Below, piece after piece: positions 17,846-27,523 of a stretch of 53,348 nucleotides of DNA. Positions within the stretch are counted from its first letter, which is position 1. Each line of letters starts with the position of its first letter. The stretch is from a virus (lineage: Duplodnaviria > Caudoviricetes), in the IMG/VR virus record IMGVR_UViG_3300029787_000068, positions 1-53,348 of that record; one strand, 5' to 3'. The translations under genes were made by a program, and so were the position numbers. Under the pieces are notes generated by a model, which saw only the letters and a program-made list of their open reading frames with translations, was not told the DNA's origin and did not search any database.

Positions 17846-19528
17846 CTACCCTATAGCAATATCATCGATGGTCGTTTCGGTCATAATAAAACTAGCGAGC
17901 ATGTCGTAAGTATCGGTGTGTCGCTGGTGATCCTTCCCCTTGCTCCACTCGTACCGTTGATTCCCACCCGAATCTTCAACTAAAGATCGAATCGGCATAC
18001 ACATCTCGTCAGTATACGAACCCCCAAGTATAGCAGCATAGTTGGTGGGCAGTAAATTCTTTTTGAGACGGATCTGAGCGAAAGACCTGTCAAGGACTTC
18101 GGTCCGGTCTGCATTGATGATTCGATTGACTAAATCGTAAGTTCTTCGCTTGTCTGAACCTTCCTTGGCGTACCGGCACAGCCAAACTTCACAGCCATAC
18201 TGCATGGCACCCTCTTGGAAATCGGCTGCTAGAGTAATCTCCGGCATGGAATCCATGACACACTTCTCGACGTTGTACAACTGGATCAGGTCGTACAGAT
18301 CTTCTACTGATCTAACCTTGCCGACGAAGACTGCCTGACGCTCTCCTCTAGACCGAAGATAGCTGATACGAACATCGAGAGTCGCCCCGACATCCACACC
18401 CATACTGCACGGACCTGGATGACAATGGCCCTTGATGTGAGCAATGTCTGAGTGAACTGCAAACGTATACGCATCGTCGTTCTGGCCGATGCAATTGTCC
18501 AGCATCGTAGGAGTGACCTTGTTTCCAATAGCATCGAACGGAAGACCCAGGTCAGAGTTGAAGAATCGCTGCATCAGACCAGGATCGTTGATCGCCCTGG
18601 TGAACCGCTCCCACATCCCAGCGATAGGATTGATCATGTTGCACAGCATGGAAAGGTGGTAGCCCTCAATCTGTGAGTCGGGATTTTGGGCTATCCACTT
18701 TCCATCTGTACTAGTTCTATCTAAAGCTCCCCCGCATTCGGGGCAGATCATATTGATGTCACGTCTACAACCTACGGTCCAATCACTGTCTCGAAGTTTC
18801 CAATCGATCACATTGCCTTCGTGATCGACAATCTCCTCTACAACTGTCTTGAACCAGTCGGTCTCTTGGAACTCCCCGCACTCTGTACAAGGGACGAACC
18901 ATTCACGTTGATCACTACGAAGGAAGTATTCATGTATACCGCGATTTTTTATCCTGGGGTTTGCAAGATATCTTTTAAACTGGTACTTCGACGCTCGAAG
19001 ACGGTCAATGGCGTATTCGATATTGTCCAAGTTACATTCATCGACTTCTTCAACGACAATAACATCTGCGGGAAACTCCTTGAAGTCGGATACTACGTTA
19101 CTTCCAACGTACTTGATCACCCCCTTTCCAAAAGACTTGATTGCCATCGAGTCAAAAAACCCCGCTCCCATGATTCTTTTATACTCGTTCACGTTTTGTA
19201 CGCAACGATCAACACGGTTCTGGACGTAAGTGTTTCGCATTTCATACTTAGGAACTACGAAAAACACTGACAATCCTACATACGCACAGGCTAAGTGATC
19301 GATCACGATAAACTCACTCTTGAAACTTTGTACGCTTCCCATCAGCACCATCTCTCGGGCCGTCGAGTTATACAAAGAACGAACATGAGGAAAGTGATCA
19401 AAGTCCATCGGCTCGTCGTGCGTATTCCGATGAAAGTTCAGTGCAAAGTTTAGCCGTGCTTGCTTCAACTCCAACAGCTTCTGGAGTACTAGCAAGTCAC
19501 GGTCTTTGATGTCGTCAAGTTGGTTCAA
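17846..19528 (-). CDS. Terminase large subunit (lambda gpA-like)
   Basis: Walker A-like GSVQSFKSE, Walker B VIVVEEVD, SDQREWFVPCxxC...CxxC, FFNSDLGLPF and RNase H-like GVDVG...DH. Confidence 0.9.
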   Translation of the reverse strand: MNQLDDIKDRDLLVLQKLLELKQARLNFALNFHRNTHDEPMDFDHFPHVRSLYNSTAREMVLMGSVQSFKSEFIVIDHLACAYVGLSVFFVVPKYEMRNTYVQNRVDRCVQNVNEYKRIMGAGFFDSMAIKSFGKGVIKYVGSNVVSDFKEFPADVIVVEEVDECNLDNIEYAIDRLRASKYQFKRYLANPRIKNRGIHEYFLRSDQREWFVPCTECGEFQETDWFKTVVEEIVDHEGNVIDWKLRDSDWTVGCRRDINMICPECGGALDRTSTDGKWIAQNPDSQIEGYHLSMLCNMINPIAGMWERFTRAINDPGLMQRFFNSDLGLPFDAIGNKVTPTMLDNCIGQNDDAYTFAVHSDIAHIKGHCHPGPCSMGVDVGATLDVRISYLRSRGERQAVFVGKVRSVEDLYDLIQLYNVEKCVMDSMPEITLAADFQEGAMQYGCEVWLCRYAKEGSDKRRTYDLVNRIINADRTEVLDRSFAQIRLKKNLLPTNYAAILGGSYTDEMCMPIRSLVEDSGGNQRYEWSKGKDHQRHTDTYDMLASFIMTETTIDDIAIG

Positions 19529-20172
19529 AGTGACAAACCTTTTTTGATTAGCTTTTCAATTGCCTCTTCAATCTCTTCTCTCGTCTTGGTCTTACCTGGA
19601 TCTTCTTTCTCGGTCTTCGGCATCTCGTCCTGCATCTTGTGATAGATTCGGTCCGGCTCGACCGGCAGAACATTAGCTTTCTGGAGAATGTCGATCTTCA
19701 GCTTCCTGGCACTAAGTGCGGCCTGGAGCCACTTCACCCTCTCGGCCTGCGACCTGGGGTTTTGGTTTTGAGTTACCACGCCCGTGGCAGGGTCAATCGA
19801 AGTGTCGTCGTTCTGGCTGTTGTGGACTTCGTACAAACACACCCGCTCCATCTCACTTAGCCAAACCATCTGCTCGGCTATGTTGTCGGCACCGGACCGC
19901 TGTTCCATCTCTGTGCGGAATTCGGAGTACACATCCTGAAGCCACCGTCGAATGGTCTTATCGCTAACATCAAAGATCTTAGCTATGCCGGACACAGGAT
20001 GTCCCATCGTCGACCACTGAAAAGCTTGGGCTTTTTTATCCTCGGGAGTTAACGAATTCGCTTTAAATTTTGGATCATTCTCGTTGGCATCGTCACAGAC
20101 CTCCTCCGAATCTACGGGAGTAGAATCGAGATCTTCGAGTGCTTCAACGATTGATTTGTGCTTTTTAGCCAT
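19525..20172 (-). CDS. Terminase small subunit (HTH)
   Basis: IAKIFDVSDKTIRRW helix-turn-helix; overlaps the TerL start; GGAGG RBS. Confidence 0.65.
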   Translation of the reverse strand: MAKKHKSIVEALEDLDSTPVDSEEVCDDANENDPKFKANSLTPEDKKAQAFQWSTMGHPVSGIAKIFDVSDKTIRRWLQDVYSEFRTEMEQRSGADNIAEQMVWLSEMERVCLYEVHNSQNDDTSIDPATGVVTQNQNPRSQAERVKWLQAALSARKLKIDILQKANVLPVEPDRIYHKMQDEMPKTEKEDPGKTKTREEIEEAIEKLIKKGLSL

Positions 20173-20214
20173 GAGATTCCTCCGCACTACTATAGAAACA
20201 TTGTGGGAGGCGGG

Positions 20215-20943
20215 TCAAGATAATTTCTCCGCAATCGCCTCCTTTATAAAAGTAGCAGCATCCTGCCCGCTATCTTTCAGATGTGCGACCATATTTTCAA
20301 CAGTTTCCCAAGTATCGTCCTCGCACATAATAGCCATCTGAGTTTTACCTTTGACCGTAAAAAACAAATAGCTTTGATCTACAGTGACCGCCCCGTTTGC
20401 GTCTTTGAAAATGCCAGCAACGATACTCATCAATGACTCTGTGCCTTTGACCTCGGCCTTCGGCTCTTTCATGTCTTCGACAAACTTGTCGCCTTTTGCG
20501 GACTCCTTAATGAGATGCTTCTCCATCTCCTTCTTGTCCTCGAACCCCATCATCATCGGCATGTCAGCCATGTCCAGGCCGGAGTCCTGTGTGAGTTCGT
20601 TGACAAGATCCGTAAACTTGCGAGCGTTCAGATTGCCGGACAGGAGATTCCTTCGGACGGTCTTCAGCTTCTGCGTCTCAATATCCCAGTCGTCGTGGAT
20701 TACACACGGAACCTCTTCCATGCCTAGCAGCATCGCGGCGCGCCAACGATGTTCTCCTCCAATAATGGTGTAGTCTCCTTCCACTTCAGAGGAAGGTACG
20801 ACCACCAACGGATGCTCAAATCCGTCTTCTTCGATCTCCTTCATCAGCTGGTTGAAGATCTCTTCACTCTGCTCGTTCGGATTCCATTCGTTTGGAACAA
20901 GTCGATCAATGCCAACAAGAGTGGGGTCTTTGATTTCGGTCAT
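20215..20943 (-). CDS. ParB N-terminal (ParB/Srx) domain protein
   Basis: LVPNEWNPN, GF..PLVV and IIGGEHRWRAA motifs. Confidence 0.85.
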   Translation of the reverse strand: MTEIKDPTLVGIDRLVPNEWNPNEQSEEIFNQLMKEIEEDGFEHPLVVVPSSEVEGDYTIIGGEHRWRAAMLLGMEEVPCVIHDDWDIETQKLKTVRRNLLSGNLNARKFTDLVNELTQDSGLDMADMPMMMGFEDKKEMEKHLIKESAKGDKFVEDMKEPKAEVKGTESLMSIVAGIFKDANGAVTVDQSYLFFTVKGKTQMAIMCEDDTWETVENMVAHLKDSGQDAATFIKEAIAEKLS

Positions 20944-20951
20944 AGCTACTC

Positions 20952-21593
20952 CTACAAAACAATTAGGTTATTTTTCGGGCTTTCGCTGTCTGTCAAAATT
21001 CGAGAAACTTCTGCTTCAGCGGTGTCTGCCCCTGCCGCCTTTCGGTCCGGCATCGCCACATACAAGATCTCTAGGTCCGGCATCACACGCTTGTATGCCT
21101 CGACCGTAGGAAGTGTTGCAGCTTTAGATGTGCAGTACGCAATCTCTTCTTCGGGAAGATTACTAATTCGCTGGTCGAGAAGAAAAATACATCTGGCTCC
21201 TTTGTTGAAACGATAACCCTGATACAGGTACATCGTAAGAACAAGCGGGCCGATCAAGTTCACCTGAAACGCTTCTCTCATCTCATGAACGCTAATCAGC
21301 AGCGGGTCGTTTGGATCGTGGTGTGCAGCTGCATGCACAATCCCGTCAAGCATGACCTTGTTGCTGACCATCCAGTTTGCAACTTGAATAATGGGTTTGC
21401 CTTCTAAAAAATCGCACGGCACCCAGTGATCGGTTTCGATAACCGGACTAAAGGTTTCCGACAAGAACGCTTTTGCATGTCGTTGGATGTCATACACCGT
21501 GTGTCGAGAATTTCGTAGCTCGGCAACGACACCGGCTCCATACGATTTGCTGGCTCCCGTAACTGCATAAGTTCGTCGAATGGATTGGATCAT
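20952..21593 (-). CDS. Short-chain dehydrogenase/reductase-like protein
   Basis: AVTGASKSYG Rossmann motif, DGIVHAA, VN..GP and YxxxK (YCTSK). Confidence 0.75.
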   Translation of the reverse strand: MIQSIRRTYAVTGASKSYGAGVVAELRNSRHTVYDIQRHAKAFLSETFSPVIETDHWVPCDFLEGKPIIQVANWMVSNKVMLDGIVHAAAHHDPNDPLLISVHEMREAFQVNLIGPLVLTMYLYQGYRFNKGARCIFLLDQRISNLPEEEIAYCTSKAATLPTVEAYKRVMPDLEILYVAMPDRKAAGADTAEAEVSRILTDSESPKNNLIVL

Positions 21594-21958
21594 GCACCGG
21601 CTCCTCCTTTAGGTACAACAATCTTTGGCTGTCGATCTTGTTCGACACGTTTCTCTGCAATCTCTTTCAGATGCTCCACCTTCGCATCGATATCAACAGA
21701 AAAGATATCAAGCATCTGGTCGACCTGCTCATCGGGCAAGAACGCAAAGATTGCCTTGATCAATGACGTAGTGACTCCTAGCTGCTGCTGCAATTGCAAT
21801 TGAGATTCCTTCATTCCCATCAACACATTGATCAGGCTCTGCGGATGAACGCTGCCCTCTACCGTCATGCCCAGCTTGACGCTGCCCTCTACTTTTTTGA
21901 TCGCGTCCATCAAACGGTTTTGACCGTCGACGAACTTTTCTTGATCGAACAATTCCAT
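21590..21958 (-). CDS. Hypothetical coiled-coil protein
   Basis: AGGAG RBS; overlapping operon gene. Confidence 0.6.
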   Translation of the reverse strand: MELFDQEKFVDGQNRLMDAIKKVEGSVKLGMTVEGSVHPQSLINVLMGMKESQLQLQQQLGVTTSLIKAIFAFLPDEQVDQMLDIFSVDIDAKVEHLKEIAEKRVEQDRQPKIVVPKGGAGA

Positions 21959-22230
21959 TGCGTGGCTCCTTCCAGTGCATATGTATGCACTTTCTTAATT
22001 CGTGTCTGTTTGTAAATGCCTGCGTCCGCGAGTGCTGCCATCAGCTGCTTGTGGGTGGCAACGTCATATCCACTAACCTTGAACAACTCGGTGGAGGTTT
22101 TGCACAGAACTGCTTCGATAGTATCTAGACCCGCCCGCTCCAATGCATTTTGAGCGCGAGTCCCCAGGCCGGACTTCTCAAGATATGAGATAGGCTGCTT
22201 AATCAGAACTTCTAGACGACGAGCTATCAT
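21910..22230 (-). CDS. Stand-alone RNA polymerase alpha-CTD-like protein
   Basis: LGTRAQNALERAGLDTIEAVL resembles alpha-CTD LSVRSxNCLxxxxIxTIxDL. Confidence 0.65.
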   Translation of the reverse strand: MIARRLEVLIKQPISYLEKSGLGTRAQNALERAGLDTIEAVLCKTSTELFKVSGYDVATHKQLMAALADAGIYKQTRIKKVHTYALEGATQWNCSIKKSSSTVKTV

Positions 22231-22278
22231 GTGGCATCTCCATACGTCCACAAATTTATCGGTCGGGGTGTGAAGTGT

Positions 22279-22566
22279 TCAAGAGGGTGCGTGAATCTTT
22301 GGGGGATATTGGTTGAGCTTATCCCACAATTCGCTTCGATGAATCTTGATCAGTTCATGAGCTTGAAACGCCAAGCGGCCTCGGTCCTTGGTTTCACCCA
22401 AGTAAGTGACTTCAATGGTGCCTCCCAAAACTCCTTGAAGTTCATTGCAGATGTCCTCAATGTTCTGGCCGCAATGTGCTTTTTCGTAAGCAAATGCGAT
22501 CACCTCCCTGAGAAAATCCAAAGAGATCACCACTTTTTCTTCTGGCTTCCGTGACAGTACTAGCAT
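22279..22566 (-). CDS. csrA: CsrA/RsmA-like RNA-binding protein with internal insertion
   Basis: MLVLSRKPEEKVVI ... IEVTYL......RLAFQA...IKIHRSEL; AGGAG RBS. Confidence 0.75.
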   Translation of the reverse strand: MLVLSRKPEEKVVISLDFLREVIAFAYEKAHCGQNIEDICNELQGVLGGTIEVTYLGETKDRGRLAFQAHELIKIHRSELWDKLNQYPPKIHAPS

Positions 22567-22585
22567 CCTGCTACTCCTCTCAAAG

Positions 22586-22834
22586 TTAGTATTTCAACGC
22601 TTTTCTTTTTGGTAGTTTTCTACCGAAACAATGTGTGTAATCGTCGGGTCCGGCATTTGCTTGGCAATACTTCACGATCTCTCTCTTAACACCGACCACA
22701 TCACCGTCCCACCTAAATCCTCCGGTGGGCAGATTAACCTCCCACAATTCGCCAGGGCCAGCTTTAGTTGCTTCGCCCTCGCCCAGGTTAGTGTTGATGT
22801 AAAAGTGCCAAGTTGTGTTTTTATCGTATCCCAT
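22586..22834 (-). CDS. Hypothetical protein
   Basis: Start MGYDK in a TAATG overlap with the upstream micro-ORF. Confidence 0.55.
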   Translation of the reverse strand: MGYDKNTTWHFYINTNLGEGEATKAGPGELWEVNLPTGGFRWDGDVVGVKREIVKYCQANAGPDDYTHCFGRKLPKRKALKY

Positions 22835-22989
22835 TACTTCGTCCCCCTCTTTCTGGAATAGTACCAATCGAAGTATGCCTCATTACGAGGAACATAGATA
22901 AAAGAATCCTGTGAGTGGGATCCGTTCGGTTTCATCTCAGGCTCTTTGCCTTCTTTTTTAAGCTGTGCGAGTGTTTTTTGCTTTCCCAT
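22834..22989 (-). CDS. 51-aa hypothetical protein
   Basis: GGAGG RBS; MGKQKTLAQLKK...YYSRKRGTK; TAATG coupling. Not in the ORF track. Confidence 0.5.
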   Translation of the reverse strand: MGKQKTLAQLKKEGKEPEMKPNGSHSQDSFIYVPRNEAYFDWYYSRKRGTK

Positions 22990-23134
22990 CTGTTCCTCCA
23001 AACCACTTCTCAACTTCTCGAAGCAGCATCATAGTTCCAAAAATTAGTCCAGCCTCTAATGGGCATGCGAGCATCATACCAAACCAAATACAAAAAGGTA
23101 GGGCGATGATTGCAAATAAAAGATCCACTTTCAT
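22958..23134 (-). CDS. 58-aa membrane protein
   Basis: AGGAGG RBS; MKVDLLFAIIALPFCIWFGMMLACPLEAGLIFGTMMLLR... Not in the ORF track. Confidence 0.55.
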   Translation of the reverse strand: MKVDLLFAIIALPFCIWFGMMLACPLEAGLIFGTMMLLREVEKWFGGTDGKAKNTRTA

Positions 23135-23145
23135 AGTTGCCTCCT

Positions 23146-23202
23146 AAAAAAACCTGCAAGGGGTTCGTGGCGGGGCTAACTACCAATCCCCCCTCGCAAG
23201 TC
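23146..23202 (-). terminator. Intrinsic terminator
   Basis: ACTTGCGAGGGG...CCCCTTGCAGGT followed by a T run. Confidence 0.5.
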
Positions 23203-23220
23203 TTCAACAAGGATATTTCA

Positions 23221-23625
23221 TTAAACGAGTGTCGGCTCGACGTTTGCTTTGTAGATATCGCGGGCCATCCAATAACGATCTTCACGCTTGGTCTGCTCCC
23301 ACTTCCACGCTTGTCGCATCGTCATCTTAGCAAATCCCATCGGACACACAATCCACAGCGTGTCGTCCCGACCATCGTGTCGAACGTCGAACCGCTGCCC
23401 TTCGATGGAAACCCAAACGGTATCACCAACGCTCAGGGAGTAAAACTCATCTCCCCAGTACTTGCTGCCTTCAAGGTTGTTGCCCTGAAGCATGAACGTC
23501 TTCTCCAAGAGCATCTCGATGTTGTCCGCTGAAACCTCTTTCGCCATAGTGTGGTTGGAGGTGTTGTCCAGTCCGCTTTTGGGGTAGCAGGTCGCGAATA
23601 CAATTTGTACTTTTGCGGTAATCAT
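23221..23625 (-). CDS. Hypothetical protein
   Basis: GAGGA RBS; lies downstream of a CCGAT promoter. Confidence 0.6.
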   Translation of the reverse strand: MITAKVQIVFATCYPKSGLDNTSNHTMAKEVSADNIEMLLEKTFMLQGNNLEGSKYWGDEFYSLSVGDTVWVSIEGQRFDVRHDGRDDTLWIVCPMGFAKMTMRQAWKWEQTKREDRYWMARDIYKANVEPTLV

Positions 23626-23655
23626 AGTTTTGTTTCCTCGTTGAAAAGATTGTGA

Positions 23656-23802
23656 TTATTTGTTCAAAAGATTGTGAAGTGCGGTCAGGCTGTCAGCGGT
23701 GAAGAGGTCGGCTTCTTCGATGGTAACCTTCTCGACAAATGTTTCAGTGGCCTCGTCCCAGATCATGTCGCCCATTTCTGCTTCTCGGTGTGGATCGGAC
23801 AT
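23656..23802 (-). CDS. 48-aa acidic protein
   Basis: AAGGA RBS directly after a promoter; MSDPHREAEMGDMIWDEATETFVEK... Not in the ORF track. Confidence 0.55.
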   Translation of the reverse strand: MSDPHREAEMGDMIWDEATETFVEKVTIEEADLFTADSLTALHNLLNK

Positions 23803-23838
23803 TGTTTGTTTCCTTGTGTTGTTGTTTTGTATGTCTTA

Positions 23839-23866
23839 ATTATACATCCGTTATCGGCAACGTCAA
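23839..23866 (-). promoter_or_regulatory. CCGAT-spacer promoter
   Basis: TTGACG-TTGCCGATAACGGATG (16 nt)-TATAAT. Confidence 0.75.
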
Positions 23867-23875
23867 GCGGAATCT

Positions 23876-24103
23876 TTAGTTATTTTCGCGGGCCTCTTTT
23901 TCGCGGGCTTCGATCATCCACTTCGGGTATCCGTCCCTCGCATAAATTCGATCCAGCATCCGTTGTCCGGCTTCCATTTGTTCGTCTGTCAGCCCTTGCT
24001 CACCCGACTCTTCCCATGCTTCTTCGTGGGACTCGATGATGATCTTTCGTTCTTCGGCGGTCGCGTTCTTCGGTACTAAGGTGATTCGTTTTCCGTCTGA
24101 CAT
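23876..24103 (-). CDS. Hypothetical protein
   Basis: AAGGA RBS after a promoter; start MSDGKR. Confidence 0.6.
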   Translation of the reverse strand: MSDGKRITLVPKNATAEERKIIIESHEEAWEESGEQGLTDEQMEAGQRMLDRIYARDGYPKWMIEAREKEARENN

Positions 24104-24146
24104 TGTTTTGTTTCCTTGTTGAAGCGTTGTTGTTTTGTATGCCCTC

Positions 24147-24174
24147 ATTCTACTAACTTATATCGGCAATGCAA
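24147..24174 (-). promoter_or_regulatory. CCGAT-spacer promoter
   Basis: TTGCAT-TGCCGATATAAGTTAG (16 nt)-TAGAAT. Confidence 0.65.
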
Positions 24175-24240
24175 CCGCAAAAGGTTAATTATTTTACCCT
24201 ATAAAAATAGGGGTTTCCGAACAAATCGTGTTTTTTATTT

Positions 24241-25047
24241 TTACGGGACTAGTTTCAGACATCCTTCTGGGGCAGATCCCATCGATTGAAATATCTCACA
24301 CCGAAGATCTTGTCGGATCCTACCGAAGTGCTTCTTGTATAACTGAGTGATGTGACCTTGTTCTCCGAAGTCATCGTCCCAGAGTTTAGTCATGATCAGG
24401 TCGTCGGTAATCTCTCGGAGAAAATCGGTGCGGGCAATCCACAGACCAGAGTTCAAAAATCTCCAAGGGACACTTCCTTGTTGTGCAACTTCGATCAGCA
24501 TGTTCCAGTGTTCTTCCCAATCATCATAGAACTCTTTCAACGAGAACGGGAAGACAGTCGCACTGGAGTTGAACAACCAATCACATTCCATGTACTTGAA
24601 CCGCCGGACAACTTCGTTCGGATGTTCGGTGAAGAAAGTATCAACATCCCACCCGATCACATAGGTCGTTGTAATCGAGCGAAGATGTTGAACCAACAGA
24701 TGTGGCTTCATCGCCACTGGTTTTTCGTAGCGTGTCCAATCCCACCCTTCACAAAGATTGGTTCCTTCGATTCCCCACGATACGAGATTCGAGAGAAGCA
24801 ACTCTTTAGTCAAAACTCTGTCGCACATGATTTGATCCTGCATGACATACGTGTCAGGTGTGTCTTTCGGATCGAACCACATGTACAGAATAGTTACATC
24901 GTCAAGCGGTTGGGGTTTGCAGGTTGAATAGATGTTACGAAAAAAGTCAGGCGTGAACACATTCGTTGCGTCCTTGCAAGATTCCCAAGTTCCATTCAGG
25001 TGAAACCCGATAGGGTAGCCACCTGTCCAAGTGTTCAGTACTCGCAT
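24241..25047 (-). CDS. Glycosyltransferase-like protein (PLOD/LH3 N-terminal GT-like)
   Basis: WDVDTFF, RFLNSGLWI, D...EQ and D..CEIFQSM motifs; alternative GTG start at 25089. Confidence 0.6.
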   Translation of the reverse strand: MRVLNTWTGGYPIGFHLNGTWESCKDATNVFTPDFFRNIYSTCKPQPLDDVTILYMWFDPKDTPDTYVMQDQIMCDRVLTKELLLSNLVSWGIEGTNLCEGWDWTRYEKPVAMKPHLLVQHLRSITTTYVIGWDVDTFFTEHPNEVVRRFKYMECDWLFNSSATVFPFSLKEFYDDWEEHWNMLIEVAQQGSVPWRFLNSGLWIARTDFLREITDDLIMTKLWDDDFGEQGHITQLYKKHFGRIRQDLRCEIFQSMGSAPEGCLKLVP

Positions 25048-25172
25048 CCGTCCGATTCTTTTCAGGTTTGTGCAGACATCTGCACCCACTCAGAGGTTAG
25101 TTCGTTGTTTCTGATTATGGTATATCAACGACCCAAAGGGGTCTTCGATTATCCAAACCAACTAGCAAGTCG

Positions 25173-25640
25173 TCAAGGTAGCGCAGAGAAAATATCTACA
25201 AGTTGTGGAAACATTTTCTGTATGTCGATGTGTTGCTGCTTCAACACTTCGCTGTGAGTCTCCACAATACTCTCAACTTCCTTCTCGCACTTCTGAACTT
25301 TGTCTTGCAACTTCTGCCATCGAGTCATCAATCCTTTATCTTTTTTGAACAGTGCGTCGATCTTTTCCTGTATCGCAGCGACTTTCCGCTCATGGATCTC
25401 CAGCTGCGTCCTGAGTGCTTTCAGTTCGACCGTGGCTTCCTTGCCTGGGCGGGCCGCACTTTTGAGTAATGCTTTGGCTTTACTTAGCTCAAACAAGGTC
25501 AAACAGATCTGAGAAACTTCCATTTCTGCATCGGGGAACTCATGAATCGCAAGGTCTCCTTCAAGTCGGAGTTCCTTGTTTTTCATTTTCTCCATGCGGG
25601 TGCGAATTTCCTCGATGTCTTCGGGGAGTTTTTTTATCAT
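25173..25640 (-). CDS. Hypothetical coiled-coil protein
   Basis: ATGA overlap with the upstream gene; start MIKKLP. Confidence 0.6.
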   Translation of the reverse strand: MIKKLPEDIEEIRTRMEKMKNKELRLEGDLAIHEFPDAEMEVSQICLTLFELSKAKALLKSAARPGKEATVELKALRTQLEIHERKVAAIQEKIDALFKKDKGLMTRWQKLQDKVQKCEKEVESIVETHSEVLKQQHIDIQKMFPQLVDIFSALP

Positions 25641-26071
25641 GTAAGGGTCACCGTTTCGGGGGTGACCTGGACACAGTTCCGCTCCTCGCCCCACTTCACC
25701 CACACACGACCGTCTGGATGCTTTTCGAGATACTCCTGGGTAGGATCCTCCCAGGGCAGCGGGACCAGATTGTTGTAGTCCAGCTGAGTGATGTATCCGT
25801 AGCTCGTAAAGTTGCACCGATCCAACAGAGGAGTGTCGTCCTCTTCCTTGGGCTGGATTAACACCCCTTGGATATGTAGCTCGTCTCGATAGAAAAACAC
25901 GCCCAGGTCGTACAGGTAGCCTCGGCCCGCTTTAGCAATCTCTTCGTTGCGATCATACGGATCTCCAGGCAGTTCAAAGTCTCTTCGCAATACTTCGTCC
26001 AGAGGTCGGACCGAATAAAACCCTGCGGTCAGTACGCCCTTCAAAGTTGTCTTGGTTCTTGTATACGCCAT
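25637..26071 (-). CDS. Hypothetical protein
   Basis: AGGAG RBS; operon packing. Confidence 0.6.
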   Translation of the reverse strand: MAYTRTKTTLKGVLTAGFYSVRPLDEVLRRDFELPGDPYDRNEEIAKAGRGYLYDLGVFFYRDELHIQGVLIQPKEEDDTPLLDRCNFTSYGYITQLDYNNLVPLPWEDPTQEYLEKHPDGRVWVKWGEERNCVQVTPETVTLT

Positions 26072-26081
26072 TGCTTGTCTC

Positions 26082-26447
26082 CTAGAACATGTTAGGGAGT
26101 TCAGTAATTAGAGCGGTGCCACGTTCGTTGTGACGTACCACTCGCAACGCTGCGACCGACAGATTGTCGATACGCCCATCGTTTGAGTCGATCAAAATGT
26201 CTTGCGAATCCGGCATAATCAAAACCTTCAACGCTTTCTGTGTATCGATGCCGGTCAGATACCAACCCGTGCATTCCGAATCGATGAGTGCGTTCACATA
26301 CATCAGCATCTTCGGACAGGGGTCTCGGTCATTCCACTTTCGTTCTACGCACACGGGAACCGGATTTCCGTCCTTTGAAGAAAGTACACTTTGAGCTTGC
26401 GGTTTATTTTTTACAAGCCACTGGAATTTTTCAGTGCGGTCAGGCAT
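26082..26447 (-). CDS. Hypothetical protein
   Basis: Overlapping operon gene. Confidence 0.6.
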   Translation of the reverse strand: MPDRTEKFQWLVKNKPQAQSVLSSKDGNPVPVCVERKWNDRDPCPKMLMYVNALIDSECTGWYLTGIDTQKALKVLIMPDSQDILIDSNDGRIDNLSVAALRVVRHNERGTALITELPNMF

Positions 26448-26949
26448 GGGATTTTACTTCGACAGGTTCTTGGTGATAGTCGTTGTTGAATTTACTCTTC
26501 AACCTGTAACGGGTATCATTTAAAAAATACACGGATCTGGCACATTGCATCCATTGGAAGTCAGGGGCAAACGCATCTCCAACGGTGTCGCCCCCTTCTT
26601 TGCCAGAAGAAAACTTTTCCGCACACATAATCAATCCTTGTCGAATATCTGCTAGAGAATTATCGCCCTGAAATATGACTTTGTCTAGCTCTCGGATCTT
26701 ATCTTCGATATCCCAGAGTCGCTCGTTTATTTGTTTCAATTCTTTGTATGTTTCACTTTGAGTGATCTGCTTTGGATGGTGTCCGGCCTGCTGATGCTCG
26801 ATCAAAGCTTTCTCAAGACGGTAAGACTCTTCCCGAACTTGCAGCCTCTTGTCAGGGTCGGACAGACGCTCCATCTTAATTGCCAGAATGCTTAGTCTAT
26901 CCAGGGCTTCGCCAATACTAATCTCAATCTTCACTCCATTAAACGGCAT
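26440..26949 (-). CDS. DUF6165-like protein
   Basis: ISIGEALDRLSILAIK...INERLWDIEDKIR...ARSVY..ND.R...K...E.K pattern. Confidence 0.7.
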   Translation of the reverse strand: MPFNGVKIEISIGEALDRLSILAIKMERLSDPDKRLQVREESYRLEKALIEHQQAGHHPKQITQSETYKELKQINERLWDIEDKIRELDKVIFQGDNSLADIRQGLIMCAEKFSSGKEGGDTVGDAFAPDFQWMQCARSVYFLNDTRYRLKSKFNNDYHQEPVEVKSHA

Positions 26950-27523
26950 AGATCTGTACCTCCTCATCCTCTTCTTCTGAGTTGAACATGTGCTTGAGGA
27001 CTTGCAACGCAAGGTGTGCGTCAGCCATCGCTCGATGGTGTCCCTGGACGGTAATACCTAGCTCTTTACATACTGACGCTAATCCTAATCCCTTGGGATT
27101 CCATCCTCTAGTCGATCCCCACATGTATACCATACTAGCAATGTCAATCGGCATGTCGTTGTGGGGGTAGCCTAGCCGGACCGACGAGTAGGCATGTCTC
27201 AACTGGTGGATGTCGGTGCCGCCCCAAGAGAACAGACGGAATGATTTGTATCGAGTAAACTCTGCCCACGACTTCCACATCTCTTCAAAGGTGGGAGATT
27301 CTTCGAGCATCTCGGGACGCAGGCCACTGAGTTGACTAGTAAACTCCGTGACAAAGTCCATGCGTTCGGGACGGATCAGCTGGCTGTATTCATTTAGAAC
27401 TTGCCAGGATCTGTTCACTAGAATAGCCCCGATCTCGATTATCTCGGGGGTGCCTCCCAGTAAAGCACCGGCATGCGGATCGGTGGTCTCTACATCAAAG
27501 ATTACAAAGTTCGCGTCTATCAT
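26939..27523 (-). CDS. DEDDh 3'-5' exonuclease (ERI-1/KapD-like)
   Basis: IFDVETT, EIIEIGA, WG..D and HRAMADA motifs. Confidence 0.85.
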   Translation of the reverse strand: MIDANFVIFDVETTDPHAGALLGGTPEIIEIGAILVNRSWQVLNEYSQLIRPERMDFVTEFTSQLSGLRPEMLEESPTFEEMWKSWAEFTRYKSFRLFSWGGTDIHQLRHAYSSVRLGYPHNDMPIDIASMVYMWGSTRGWNPKGLGLASVCKELGITVQGHHRAMADAHLALQVLKHMFNSEEEDEEVQIYAV

